Assembly: GCF_009914755.1 (NCBI RefSeq)
Contig: NC_060926.1
Source: the human T2T-CHM13v2.0 reference genome, Homo sapiens
Length of the DNA stretch: 64,000 nt
Reading direction: 5' to 3' (one strand)
In this document: positions 1-12,299 of the stretch, one piece after another
Layout: each line of letters opens with the position of its first letter
How positions within the stretch are numbered: position 1 is the stretch's first letter
Translations under genes and position numbers: made by a program
Notes under the pieces: model-generated
Databases searched by the model: none
Told to the model about the DNA's origin: nothing
The model's input: only the letters and a program-made list of their open reading frames with translations

Positions 1-199
1 CATGAATTTATGCATTTGTAAATGTCCATAGAACCACATATCCCAATGAATGACTAAATACTCTGAATATTCACAAAACATGAAAATATTTAAGGACACC
101 AAAAATACCTATATAATTTCTATAAATATGAGTTAATAACATAACATTCTCTGATCTCAAAGCAATAAAACTAAAAGTAAAAATGTAAGCAAACTAAAA

Positions 200-1555
200 C
201 CAAAATCTAGCATGATCAACCAAGATGTCTGGGGTCCCAAGAATTGAATGCAAATTGCGATAAATGAATCTAACTGTGTTACAATATGACAAATGTATTA
301 CATATTACACAAAATGAGGTGAAAGGAAAAAAGAGGCTGAATTACACAATTCTGCAAAATGATGTCTGGAAACTGTAAGGCTAAAGATCAAAGGAACCAT
401 AAATAAACATAATTCTCTGGTCGGCAAGTTTGTTTCTCATTTGGTTATAGGTAAGCAATTATGAAATTTTTTCTGCCTACGGAGATTGAACAGTGAAATA
501 AATGGCGAATGGTGGGAACCATATTTCTCCACGTTGGAATAGGATATTATAGATAAGCAGATGAGAAGGCTAGAATGAATCCTGTGGTGCTGTATTAGAG
601 TTAGAAACATCAACATGAACTTATGTTTATCTGAATGTATTCATAGAATATAGACAGAGACACCTTTATATATGTGTGTGTATACAATGGCTAGTGATCA
701 TACATATATTAACCAAATCTGTTCCTTGAGAGGGCCCATAAACAATGACACCCGAGTAGTAATGAACATGGCCAATGCAGAGATCTAGAAAATACCATCC
801 TCTAACAAAAGCAAGCAGGTCTTCTTAAATAAATGAATAATTTTAGAGCTGAGGCTTGAAATACGCATGATGAGCTTGCAATATCTGTAATGCCAGAAAG
901 GAAGGAAGTTCTCTAAAAACAAAAGAATGATGAAAAGAACAGGAGATTTGGGACGCTGAGGTGGGTGGATCACTTGAGGTCAGGACTTCGAGACCAGCCT
1001 GGCCAACATGTTGAAACCCCCATCTCTACCAAGAAAAAACAAAAATACAAAAATTAGCCAGGCATGGTGGCACATACCTGTAGTCCCAGCTAATAGGGAA
1101 GCTGAGACATGAGAATTGCTTCTGGGAGGCAGAGGTTGCAGTGAGTTGAGATTGTGCCACTTCACTCCAGCCTGGGCAACAGAGTGAGACCATGTCTAAA
1201 AAAAAAGAACATATGAGCCAACCTGAAAGATGAAATAAATAATGCAGCATTGGATTATAACTCAAAGGATAAAATAAATATACCTGAATCAAATGAATAT
1301 GAAAAAACGATTGAACAAATATATGAGGGAGAAGTAACAAATCTTCCATATAGAAAAATTCCAAATAATACATGTAGAATTCAGCAGTTCCCACCCCTCT
1401 TGAGAATAAACTTATCTTAGTGACTCACTGTCCATGAATACAGTAGGTAAATAAATAAATAATAACTTTACAGATAAGAAACCTAACAAATACTACCTTA
1501 ACCAAATCATTAAATTAGCAACATCAGTGACGTCAAGTGGACATCATGTATTACC
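200..1555 (+). mobile_element. Old L1 3' region (L1MC/MD-like), interrupted by an Alu
   Basis: Degenerate resemblance to L1MC-type 3'UTR (e.g. gaaaataccatcctctaacaaaag...gtaatgccagaaaggaaggaagt); boundaries approximate. Confidence 0.5.
945..1206 (+). mobile_element. AluS (Sx/Sz-like), 5'-truncated
   Basis: ggatcacttgaggtcaggacttcgagaccagcctggccaacatg...gagaccatgtct + A tail; aaaagaaca on both sides (933-941, 1203-1211) as TSD. Confidence 0.93.
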
Positions 1556-1564
1556 TGAAATCCA

Positions 1565-2410
1565 AAATATATTACCCAGGTGGTAAAATACTTGTACACT
1601 AAGAATTACAAAACTTTGATGAAAAAAATTAAAGGAGACACAAATAAATGGAAAGACATCCTGTATTCATGAATAGGAAGACTTAATTTTGTTAACACTT
1701 CATATATTACCCAAAGCTGTCTATAGATTCAATGTGTTTCCTATCAAAATACCAAAGACATTTTTCACAGTGATAGAAAAATAATCCTAAAACACATATG
1801 GAACCATAAAAGACCCTAAATAGCCAAAGCAATCTTGGGAAAGGAAAACAAAGCTGGAGTCACATTTCTGACTTCAAAATATATTACAAAGCAACATTAA
1901 TTAAAGTAGTATGGTAACGGCATAAAAACAAACATATGGATCAATGGAACAGAATAGAACAGAGATATAAGAAATAAACCCACCCTTATACTATCAACTG
2001 ATCTTTGACAAGGATGATGCTAAGAATACACAATGAGGAAAGATAGTATCTTCAACAGATGGCCACAGTAAAACCATATATCTACATGTAAAATAATGAA
2101 ATTGGGCTGATTTTTTTTGCATTATACACTAAAGTCAAGGAAAAATTTATTAAAGATTTAAACAGAAAGCCTAAAAGTCTGAAAATCTTAGAATAAGAGA
2201 GAGGAAAAGCTTTATGGCATTGGCCCAGACCATAATTTCTTGATTATGACACAAAAAGAACAAGAAACTAAAGCAAGAAAAGACATTGGGACTATATCAA
2301 ACTAGAAGTCATCTGCAAAGCAAAGGAAACAATAAACAGAGTCAAAAGGCAACCACCAGAGTGGGAGAAAATATTTGCAAGTCATATATCTGATAAAGAG
2401 TTAACATTTA
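1565..2410 (+). mobile_element. L1M ORF2 fragment (post-RT region)
   Basis: aaatggaaagacatcctgtattcatg, atagccaaagcaatcttg, gagtgggagaaaatatttgcaa: degenerate L1 ORF2. Confidence 0.85.
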
Positions 2411-2613
2411 CAATTGCTACAGAGAGAATAAAATACCTAGGAATACAACTTACAAAGGACTTGAAGCACCTCTTTAAGGAGAACCACAAACCACTGCACA
2501 AGCAAATAAGAAAGGACACAAACAAATGGAAAAATATCCCATGCTCATGGATAGGAAGAATCAGTACTGTGAAAATGGCCATAGCGCCTAAAGTAATTTG
2601 TAGATTCAGTGCT
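2411..2613 (+). mobile_element. L1PA ORF2 segment A (5' end of a truncated L1PA8-like copy)
   Basis: caattgctac...aaaatacctaggaatacaacttaca...agattcagtgct. Confidence 0.9.
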
Positions 2614-2726
2614 TAGGATTGTTTTGGCTATACAGGCTCTTTTTTGGTTCCAAATGAAAATTTAAAGTAATTTTTTCCAGCTGTTCAAAGAAAGTCACTA
2701 GTAGCTTGAAGGGAATAGCACTGAAT
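2611..2726 (-). mobile_element. L1PA ORF2 segment B (inverted continuation of A)
   Basis: Reverse complement reads attcagtgctattcccttcaagctac...gccaaaacaatcctaagc, which directly follows A in L1. Confidence 0.88.
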
Positions 2727-2879
2727 AAAACTAACTTTTTGCCTTTATGTTTGTATTTCTACTCTTTTTTTCTGGTTTTTAGCTCATTCTTTCCTGTATT
2801 TATCATTTATCTCAACTTTTGCCTTTTTTGTAGTCTATTTGGTTGTTCATGTATTACACATTTTGAGCAGGTGAATATT

Positions 2880-3450
2880 ATTATTATTCAAGGGTGAATA
2901 ATATTTCATTGTATGTATACACCACAGTATATCCATTCATCTATCCATGGATATTTAGGTTGTTTCCATATCTTGGCCATTGTGAATAACGCTGCAATGA
3001 GCATGAGATTAGAGATATCTGTTCAATATAGTAATTTAAATTCCTTTGTATATATATTCAGAAGTGAAATTGCTGGGTTATGTTAGTTCTATTTAAAATT
3101 TTTGAGGGATCCCCATATTATTTCCATAGCTGCCGAACCATTTTATATTTCAGCCACCAAGGTACAAGGATTCCAATTTCTTCATATCCTCACAAATACT
3201 TTTTGTTTTCTTTTATAATGGCTATCCTAACAGGTGTAAGTGATATATCATTGCGGTTTTGATTTGGATTTCCTTGATGATAAGTTATGTTGAGCATCTT
3301 TTCACATATCTGTTGACCATGTGTATGTCTTTGGAAAAATGTCTACTCAGATGTTTTGCCCATCTTATAATTAAGTTATTTGGATTTGTTTTTGTTTGTT
3401 CTTGCTATTAGTTGTAATAGTTTTAAATATATTTTGGATATTAATGCCTT
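2880..3450 (-). mobile_element. L1M ORF2 3' part (inverted continuation of the 1565-2410 element)
   Basis: Reverse complement starts ttaatatccaaaatatatttaaaac..., the L1 sequence expected right after gataaagagttaacat at ~2405. Confidence 0.82.
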
Positions 3451-4834
3451 TTTCTCTCTTTTTTTTTAAAAAAAACTTTAAGTTCTGGGATACATGTGCA
3501 GAATGTGCAGTTTTGTTACATAGGTATACATGCACCATGGTAGTTTGCTGCACCTATCAACCCATCATCTAGGTGGGTTTTTTTTTTTTCTCTTTTTTTG
3601 AGATGGAGTCTCGCTCTGTCGCTAGGCTGGAATACAGTGGCACGAGATTTTGGCTCACTGCAATCTCCACCTCCTGGGTTCAAGTGATTCTCCTCATTAT
3701 CTAGGTTTTATGCCCTGCATGCATTAGGTATTTGTCCTAATGCTCTCCCTCTCCTTTCCACCTACCCACCGACAGGCCCTGGCGTATGTTGTTCCCCTCC
3801 CTGTGTCCATGTGTTCTCATTGTTCATCATACATGTGCATGTGTCTTTATAGTAGAATGATTTATAATCCTTTGGGTATATACCCAGTAATGGGATTGCT
3901 AGGTCAAATGGTATTTCTGGTTGTAGATCCTTGAGGAATCGCCACACTGTTTTCCACAATGGTTTAACTAATTTACACTCCCACCAACAGTGTAAAAGCG
4001 TTCCTATTTCTCCACAGCCCCACCAACATCTATTGTTTCCTGAATTTTTAATAATCACCATTCTGACTGGCATGAGATGCTGTCTCATTGTGGTTTTGAT
4101 TTGCATTTCTTTAATGATCAGTGATGATGAGCTTTTTTTCTTATGTTTGTTGGCCACATAAATGTCTTCTTTTGAGAAGTGTCTATTCATATCCTTGCAC
4201 ACTTTTTGTTGGGGTTGTTGGTTTTTTTCTTGTAAATTTGTTTAAGTTTCTAGTAGATTTTAGGTATTAGAACTTTATCAGATGGGTAGATTGCAAAAAT
4301 TTTCTCCCATTCTGTAGGTTGCCTGTTCACTCAGATGACAGTTTCTCTCACTGTGCAGAAGCTCTTTAGGTTAATTAGAGCCAATTTATCAATTTTGGCT
4401 TTTATTGAAATTGCTTTTGGTGTTTTTGTCATGAAGTCTTTTCCCATGCCTACATCCTGTATGGTATTGACTAAGTTTTCTTCTAGGGTTTTTATGGTTT
4501 GGGGTTGTATATTTAAGTTTTTAATCCATCTTGAGTTATTTTTTGTATAATACGTAAGGTAGGAGTCCAGTTTCAGTGTTCTGCATATGGCTAGCCAGTT
4601 TTCCCAGCATCATTTATTGAATAGGGAATCCTTTCCCCATTGCTTGTTTTTTTCAGGTTTGTTGAAGATCAGATGGTTGTAGATGTGTGGTGTTATTTCT
4701 GAGGTCTCTGTTCTGTTCCATTGGTCTGTATATCTGCTTTGGTACCAGTACCATGTGGTTTGGTTTACTGTAGCCTTGTAGTGTAGTTTGAAGTCAGGTA
4801 GTGTGATGTCTCCAGGTTTGTTATTTTTGCTTAG
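3451..4834 (-). mobile_element. L1PA8-L1PA10-like 3' portion (segment C) with polyA tail
   Basis: ORF 3762-4202 is ORF2p C-terminal (HFSKEDI...CWWECKLV...WRFLKDL); L1PA 3'UTR and T-tract at ~3450-3480. Confidence 0.93.
3575..3694 (-). mobile_element. Strongly 5'-truncated Alu (right-arm end) in the L1PA 3'UTR
   Basis: T-tract + gagatggagtctcgctctgtcgc...caagtgattctcct; TSD cat(c/t)atctaggt at 3563-3574 and 3695-3706. Confidence 0.9.
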
Positions 4835-5835
4835 TTTTTCAGTCAATAAATAGGCAAAAAAATTAATAAATAATTCAATCAAGAAAAAAAGTACAAGTAT
4901 AGTAAATAATTATTCTTCATTTTCCAAGGTAAGGTGAAATCAAAAATACAACGTTAAGAAGTCACTTACTCAATTTGATACAGCTCCAACAATTTCAAGG
5001 GGATTCAATGTTGAAGGAAGCAATTTTCTTTATTTAATCCCATTTTCTCTTATTTTTCTTGTCATTTTTTTTTTGTTTACTCTATGATCATCTTGACAAA
5101 TGCCAACTTTTACATAAATGTTTGCATTTCAAGCGATGAGAGGAAGATTAAGGCATCTATATGTTCTCTAGAAAGCCAACCTATATATACTAGTGTGGAA
5201 ATAAGTAGCTAAGATTTACCAAGAAACAAATACAATAATTTCTTAAAATATAAAGCTTCCTGAGATTATATTTGGAAATAAAAAGTAAAATATGCCTTTT
5301 GTTTTTAAAAGAACTACATGTTGCTGATGGGAAATCAGTATTTCTGAAAGGTAGAGTGTTAGTTATTTTGGAATGCTTATGGCAATGATGATCACATTGA
5401 CATTGGTTTGTCTACTTCCAGGTTGGGAGCACGTATAAGATGGGAAAGGTAATTATAAGGCCTTTGAGGTAATTTATTCTTACCCTTTAATGTCTGATAA
5501 TACATTAATGACGCAGTTAAAATCTCTAGGCTAAAAAGCAAGTTTAGGTTATATCACAACCAAAGTTAGTAAAGAAAAGCCAAATAGAGTAATCTTAACA
5601 GAATTTACTCCTCTTACATGACTCTACACTTAGAGAAGGTAGCATTCAATATTTTTTAAAATAAATCCGCTAAGTTTTCCTACTTTATATGCCCTGTTTT
5701 GCTTCTCTGTTTTAATAACCGAATTTCTCAAATATTATCAAGGGAAATTTTAAATTTGTGTGTTTTGGAAAGAAATTTAGCTCGTATGTACTCCTGAGAA
5801 TCTGATTCTCAGTGAACTTTATGTCCTTTGCCAGT

Positions 5836-5867
<32 letters not shown>

Positions 5868-5876
5868 CCTATCTAT
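5836..5876. repeat. (TCTA)n microsatellite
   Basis: About 10 TCTA units with one interruption, next to an L1 tail. Confidence 0.95.
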
Positions 5877-5879
5877 TGT

Positions 5880-6001
5880 CTATTTAATTTATTTTATTAT
5901 TTTAGGTTCGGGGGTACAGATGCAGGTTTGTTACATGGGTAACTTGTGTGTCACTGAGGCTTGGTATATGAATAAACCTGTTACCCACATAGTGAGCATG
6001 G
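5880..6001 (-). mobile_element. Short L1PA15/16-L1PB-type 3' end
   Basis: ttttaggttcgggggtacagatgcaggtttgttacatgggtaa...acatagtgagcat. Confidence 0.8.
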
Positions 6002-6552
6002 AGTTTAAATCTCTTAGAAAATACCTAGAGAACAGTACTCAAGTACATTTTGCTTCTTGTACAGCATACACTTTTGCTTTTACGAGCTATATATACAAAT
6101 GAACTTTCTTTGGAAATAGTTTGACAGATACCTTAGCTTTTTCCATTTTGAGGAGGTAGTAGAAAAAGTTTTCAGAAGAAGGCAAGACAGTCAAAGGGCT
6201 TTCAGAGGAAAAAGCACATTTACATACTCTGACATATCTTGTAAGTGCAAATTACTAGCAAGCATAATTATCATCTTGGAATTCATATCTATTTGGTAGT
6301 ATAGGAAAATTTTAAAAAGAGAGTGAAAAAGTAAAGTTCTACTTGTAAGGAAAAAAGAATGAGAAAAGAGTGATGTTAAGTGTGAAAGGACTTGACTACA
6401 TGTCTATAATTTAACCTCAGATGTTCCAAAAATGTGAGATGTTATCTAAATAAATGCTCTTTGGTTTTATGATATTCAGTTGACTTGAGAGTACGTGGAA
6501 ATGTTCTCAATTTCCTCTGCTTAAAACATTTTAACTTGTCAAATTATTATTC

Positions 6553-6849
6553 CTTTTTGAGACAGAATTTCACTCTATTGCCCAGGCTGGAGTGCAGTTG
6601 TGGGATCATGGCTCACTGCAGCCTTGAATTCCCAGGCTTAAGTGATCCTCTTGCTTCAGCCTTCCAAGCAGCGGGGACTACAGGCATGCACCACCATATC
6701 CATCTACTTACTTTTTTTTTTTTTTTTTTTTTTAGAGAGAGGTTCTCACTATGTTGCCCAAGCTGGTCTTGAACTCCTGGCTCAAGCAATCTTCTTGCCT
6801 CTGCCTCCCAAACTGTTAGGATTGCAGACATGAGCCACTGCACCAAACC
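6553..6849 (-). mobile_element. AluJ (Jo-like)
   Basis: Full dimer with gatcatggctcactgcagccttg and gaactcctggctcaagcaatc; CpGs decayed; expanded central T tract. Confidence 0.93.
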
Positions 6850-8344
6850 ATAATTATTATAACTAAACAGCAAAAACTACTTGCATATCATTTTTGTAAA
6901 AAATGTAAATTTTCTACAGTAAAAATACAGATAAAACATCAAAATTTAATTTTAAATACTGAATTTTTCAACACTGGAAAACTCAAGCTATTAAGGGAAT
7001 ATCTGTATTTAACTTTCAAAAAAACCCTTATTTTTCAGACTTGGAAAATAATATCTGCATTTCTTTCAATGTGCAGGCTATCCTGTATTTATAATTTTAT
7101 TATCTCCTGAAAACTGAAAGTAAATCTACTGAATGCAGTGCTTCTGCAATGACTAGTGTCAGTGGATTCAGGTGGGTATGATTATTCTAAGGGTTACCCT
7201 AAGCTTAACGTTATAATAATGGAGAGTTTTTCAGTTGTACTTGGTTTCTTAACATTCTCTGATATCTAACCTATGATAAGGAGTCAAATTTAACTTAATG
7301 GTTTAGTTAAGAAAAGAAACAAGGATACCCTAGAGGAAAAATAAATAAATAAACACTTCAATAAGCTCTTGTTCCAGTTGCATCCCTGGTTCCCCACAGC
7401 ACTGAGCATGACGAGGTATTGTCCACTTTCTAAGCTCCCAGTTTCATTTGTTATAAATATGGAGTGAAAAGAGAGCTACCCTGAGAGTTAGAAATTATTT
7501 TTTGTTCTCACCATAAACTAGGACTTTCTAACTTTGCTTGGGCCTATGTTATTTCTGCAGAATGTACTTAATAGCTTCAGACAACACAATTTCAGTTGCT
7601 CTGTATAGTAATAACTAGTTTCATATTGAGCATTGTAAATTACAAATCAATACAGACTTAGAGCTAGGTAAATATATCTCTTGGTTTTCTGACTTTCACT
7701 GAAGGAAAGGTGAAGATGGAAGGAATCTAAATAATGTTGATGCCACTTACTTGGCATTCTCAAAATAATACCTAGCCACAAGTATTATTTTAAAACTTTA
7801 TTATCTGTCTAAATCCTAAGTCTTATTTCTGATGAATTCTAAAAGCAGCTCTCAGTATTATGCTTTTACGATGCTAAATTGTTGTTATAACCAAAATTTC
7901 ATTAAACCTGAAAATGTTTTAGAGGAATAGGCACTTTCTAGAAATTCTGTACATGGAAAAAAAATAAGATCCTCCCCTGATGACTTACTGAATGCAATGT
8001 AAGTAAATTAATCGTTTTTGCTGTCTCTGACATGATAAAGTTGTTTGGCACAAATGAAGGCATATACAAAATTGATGGGCAATTTCTTTTAAATTACAAT
8101 TGAGATGGGATGAGCTGCCAAGATTTCTTTTATGAAGCAATCTCACAAGTGTCTCTTGGGCTGAAATTCTTGTAAGAGAATGTTTAACTCAGGCTGTGCC
8201 ACTTATTTAAAACATGCATATCTAGTGTACACACCCAGCTGAAATCAGCCAAGAAATGTCAGATTTCTATTCTTAATTATCCAAAATAGAATCAATTCTA
8301 ATAACATGGAATAAGCCCTTGTGTGTGTTGGGTGTCTTTAGTTG

Positions 8345-8468
8345 TTATCTCAGCTAGACCTCTATCATTCACTGTGTAATCTTTGCCATGACTCCAAACC
8401 TGTTTGGTTTTCACTCTCTCATCTGTAAAAGACAAGAGATGGTTTGAATCACTGGTTTTCCATTTCAT
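8345..8468. mobile_element. MIR/MIR3 fragment
   Basis: Core-like ttttcactctctcatctgtaaaag. Confidence 0.4.
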
Positions 8469-8470
8469 AG

Positions 8471-8640
8471 TCTTATGGGTTGAATTGTGGTTCTCCCAAC
8501 ATTTATATGTGGAACTCCTAACCCCCAGTACTTTATGATGTGACGTTACTGGGGAATAGGGTTGTTGCAGATGTAATTTAGTTAGGTTAGGTTGAGGTAA
8601 CACTAAAGTAGGTTGAGTCCCTTAATCCAATAACATTAGT
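8471..8640 (+). mobile_element. MaLR LTR 5' part (MLT1B/C-like)
   Basis: ttatgggttgaattgtg...cctaacccccagtac...gcagatgtaatttagttag...ccttaatccaata. Confidence 0.8.
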
Positions 8641-8904
8641 TTCAATTTGGAATAGTACAGTAGAATGGGACAACCAGTTTAACAAAGAGTAAGAAAAGAC
8701 ATTCCAGTCAATTACTGTTTGACAAATCAAGATCATGTTTTATAATAAAGTATGATGTAAATATTATTCAATTGCAGACAGCACAAGTTGTAAAAAAAAT
8801 TAGTTCTGTTTAAGAATCATTTAACTAGCAAAGAATCAAAAGTAATATTTTATAAATAATTTTTAATGGGAGAAAATTCTAGCATATTCATGCAGATCGT
8901 GCTA

Positions 8905-9380
8905 TAGCATGGTGAACTGAAAATCAGCACCCAAAGATATCCATATCCTAATCCCCAGAACTTTCAAATATTTTCTTATATAGCAATAGAGATATTGCAG
9001 ATATGATTAAATCAAGTATCTTAATATTGAAAGCTAACGTAGATTATCTGGGTGGGCCTTAAATGTAATCACAAGCATCCTAATAGAAAGGTGGCAAAGG
9101 GAGATTTCACTCTAGAAGAGGAATAGGAGATGTGATGACAGAACAAGAGATTGGCATGGTGTGATGAAGGAATACAAGCCCAGGATTTTGGGAGTCCTCC
9201 AAATGCTAGAAAAAGAAAAGAAATGAAATATCTCCTCAGAGCCTCCAGAAGGAACAAGCCCTACTTACACTACACTTTATTCCATGGAAACTGACTTTGA
9301 ACTTCTGACCTCCAGAACTCTAAAAGAATACATTTTTGTTGTTTTAAGCCACTAAGTTACAGCAAGAGTAAAATAATACA
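8905..9380 (+). mobile_element. MaLR LTR (MLT1D-like)
   Basis: cccaaagatatccatatcctaatccccagaac...gattatctgggtgggcc...cttctgacctccagaact...ttttaagccactaag...taataca. Confidence 0.85.
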
Positions 9381-9968
9381 TATAACATCTCTCACACTTT
9401 TTTTTTGAATTAGAATTCTTTCCTTTCCCCTTTCTACATAATTCCCTCTCAATCTAAAACAGTATAGGCAACTTTTAGCCAGATCACTCGAATCTTTTCC
9501 AACTCAATGGATTCAATAAGAATGATTCATTAATAGTTAGGGAAGCTTTTCCCCTCTGCTCTACGGTGCAAGAGAAAGTTTTTATACCTGTTTAACTCAA
9601 AGTAATGATGGGTAGATACCTACTGCATACATAATCAATTACCAGAAACACTATGAATATGAAATGTGGGTATCATTGAACTATCAACTCAATGCATAGC
9701 AACAAGCTACTACTGTTGGACCATCATCTAGAGGGAGAGGTTTTGTGAGGCCTTTCAAATCATACTAGTTCATATTAGGTGTTGCACAAATTGGAAGATA
9801 TAAATCAGAGGATATAAGTTGTCTGAGCCATTGAAAATACACTTATTGAAATAAATGTCCATTCCCGTTTTCAACCTAAAAGCAAAAATTTTATGAATTT
9901 TAAGAACTCTTATTTTTGAGTCACTGCCAACCTACCTGGTGATTGTCATTAATTAGAGTCAAAATATT

Positions 9969-12035
9969 CTTTTTAACTTTTATTTTAGGTTTAGGGGTAC
10001 ACACGCAGATTTGTTGTAAGGTCAGTTGCATGCTATGGGTGTTCGATGTGCAGATTATTTTGTCACCCAGGTAATAATCATAGTACCCTATAGGTAGTTT
10101 TTTGATCATCTCCCTCCTCCAACCCTCCACCCCAGTGTAGGCTCTGGTGTCTATTGTTCCCTTCTTTGTGTCCATGTGTACTCAAAGTTCAGCTCCCACT
10201 TATGAGTGAGAACATGCAGTATTTGGTTTTCTGTTCCTGCATTAGTTTGATTACAATAATGGCCTCTAGTTTCATCCACGTTGCTGTAAAAGACATGATT
10301 TCATTCTTCGTTTTATGACTGCATAGTATTCCATGGTATATATGTACCACATTTTCCTTTTCCAGTCTATCACTGATGGGCATTTAGGTTCATTTCATGT
10401 CTTTGCTATTATGAATGGTAATGCAGTGAAGGTATGTGTACATGTGTCTTTATGGTAGGATGATTTAAATTTCTTTGGGTATATACCCAATGATGGGATT
10501 GCTGGGTCAAATATTAATTCTGTTTTAAGTTATTTGAGAAATTGTTATGCTGCTTTCCACAATGGCTAAACTATTTACATTCCCACCAGCACTTTATAAG
10601 CATTCCCTTTCCTCCACAACCTCACCAGTATTTGTTATTTTTTATTTTTTAAAAGTAGCCATTCTGACTAGTGTGAGATGGTATCTCATTGTAGTTTGAT
10701 TTCCATTTCTGTAATAATCAGTGATGTTGAGCATTTTTTCTTATGCTTGTTGGTCACATGTATGTCTTCTTTTGAAAACTGTCTTTTCATGTCTTTTGCC
10801 CATGTTTTAATGTAGTTGTCTTTTGCTTTTTAATTTGTTTAAGTTCCTTATAGACTCTGGGTATTACACCTTTGAGGGGTACAGTTTGCAAACATTTCTC
10901 TCCCATTCTGCAGGTTCTCTGTTTACTCTGTTGATAGTTTCTTTTGCTGTGCAGAAGCTCTTTAGTTTAATTAGGTCTCATTTCTCAATTTTTGTTTTTA
11001 TTGCAATTGCTTTTAGTATCTTCATCATGAACTCTATCCCAGAGCCTATGTCGAGAAAGGTATTTCCCAGTTTACCTTCCAGGGTTTCTATAGTTTTTGG
11101 TTTCAGACTTAAGTCTAACTCATCTTGAATTCATTTTGATATATGGTATAAAGAAGTGGTCTAGTTTCAATTTTCTGCATATGGCTAGCCAGTTATTCCA
11201 GCACCAGTTATTGAATAGGTATCCTTTTCCCGGGCTTGTTTTTGTTGGGTTTGTTGAAGATCAGATTGTCGTAGGTATGTGGCATTTTTGCTGGGCTATG
11301 TGTCTAGATTTGTGTCTATCTTTGTATGCTGTTTTGGTTCCCATAGCCTTATAGTATACTTTGAAATCAGATAACATGATGCCTCCAGCTTTGTTCTTTT
11401 TGCTTAGGGATTGCCTTGTCTATTTGGGCTCTTTTTAAGTTTCGTATAAGTTTTTAAATAGATTTTTAAAAAACATTCTGTGAAGAATGTCATTGGTAGT
11501 TTGTTAGAAATAGCATTGAATTTGTAAATTGCTTTGGGCAGTGTGGCCATTTTAACAATATTGAATCTTTCTATTTGTGATCATGGAATATTTTTCCATT
11601 GTTTGTGTCCTTTCTGATTTATTTGAGCAGTGTTTTGTAATTCTCATTGTAGAGATCTTTCACCTATCTGTTTAGCTGTATTCCTAGGTATTTTATTCTT
11701 TTGTGGCTATTGAGAATGGAGTCGTATTCTTGGCTCTCAGCTTGGATGTTGTTGGTATATAGATATGCTACTGATTTTGGTACATTGATTTTGTATCCTG
11801 AAACTTTGCTGAAACTGTTTTTCAGATATAGGAGCTTTAGGGCAGAGACTATTTGGTTCTCTAAGTAGAGAGTCATATTGCCTGCAAACAGATAGTTTGA
11901 CTTCATGTGTTCCTATTGGATATGTTTTCTTTCTTTCTTTTGCTTGACTGCTCTGGGTAAGAACTGCAGTGCTATGTTGAATAAGAATAGCAAGAGTGAG
12001 CATTCTTCTCTTGTTTCAGTTCTCAAGGGGAATAT
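9969..12035 (-). mobile_element. L1PA15/16-like, 5'-truncated (~2.1 kb)
   Basis: ORF2p remnants (EAIIVIKLMQEQKTKYCMFSLISGS; [11 protein letters not shown]), 3'UTR, TSD agtcaaa(a/g)tatt at 9957-9968 and 12036-12047. Confidence 0.93.
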
Positions 12036-12299
12036 AGTCAAAGTATTTTTTAAAAAATATATTTCCAAACAATGAAAATATATTTTCTGCCTTGACTCTA
12101 CCATTCTTGTTGAAATGGCCATTGCAGTAGATATTTCTCCTGAGATAGGATAAAAGAAGATCAATTTTATTCAAGAAACTCAAGATTGCCCTCCAATATT
12201 TTTAATTTTTTAATAAAAGGGTCACTTTTATTCTGTAGGATAATAATTTATTTTATTTTGTTATGTAGTAAATGATATCAATGCATATGCTAATAATGT

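Noticed and set aside
2411-2726. Simple twin-primed L1 inversion
   Set aside because: No tail or TSD follows, and the rest of the element plus host DNA is also inverted; better explained as a post-insertion rearrangement (see finding).
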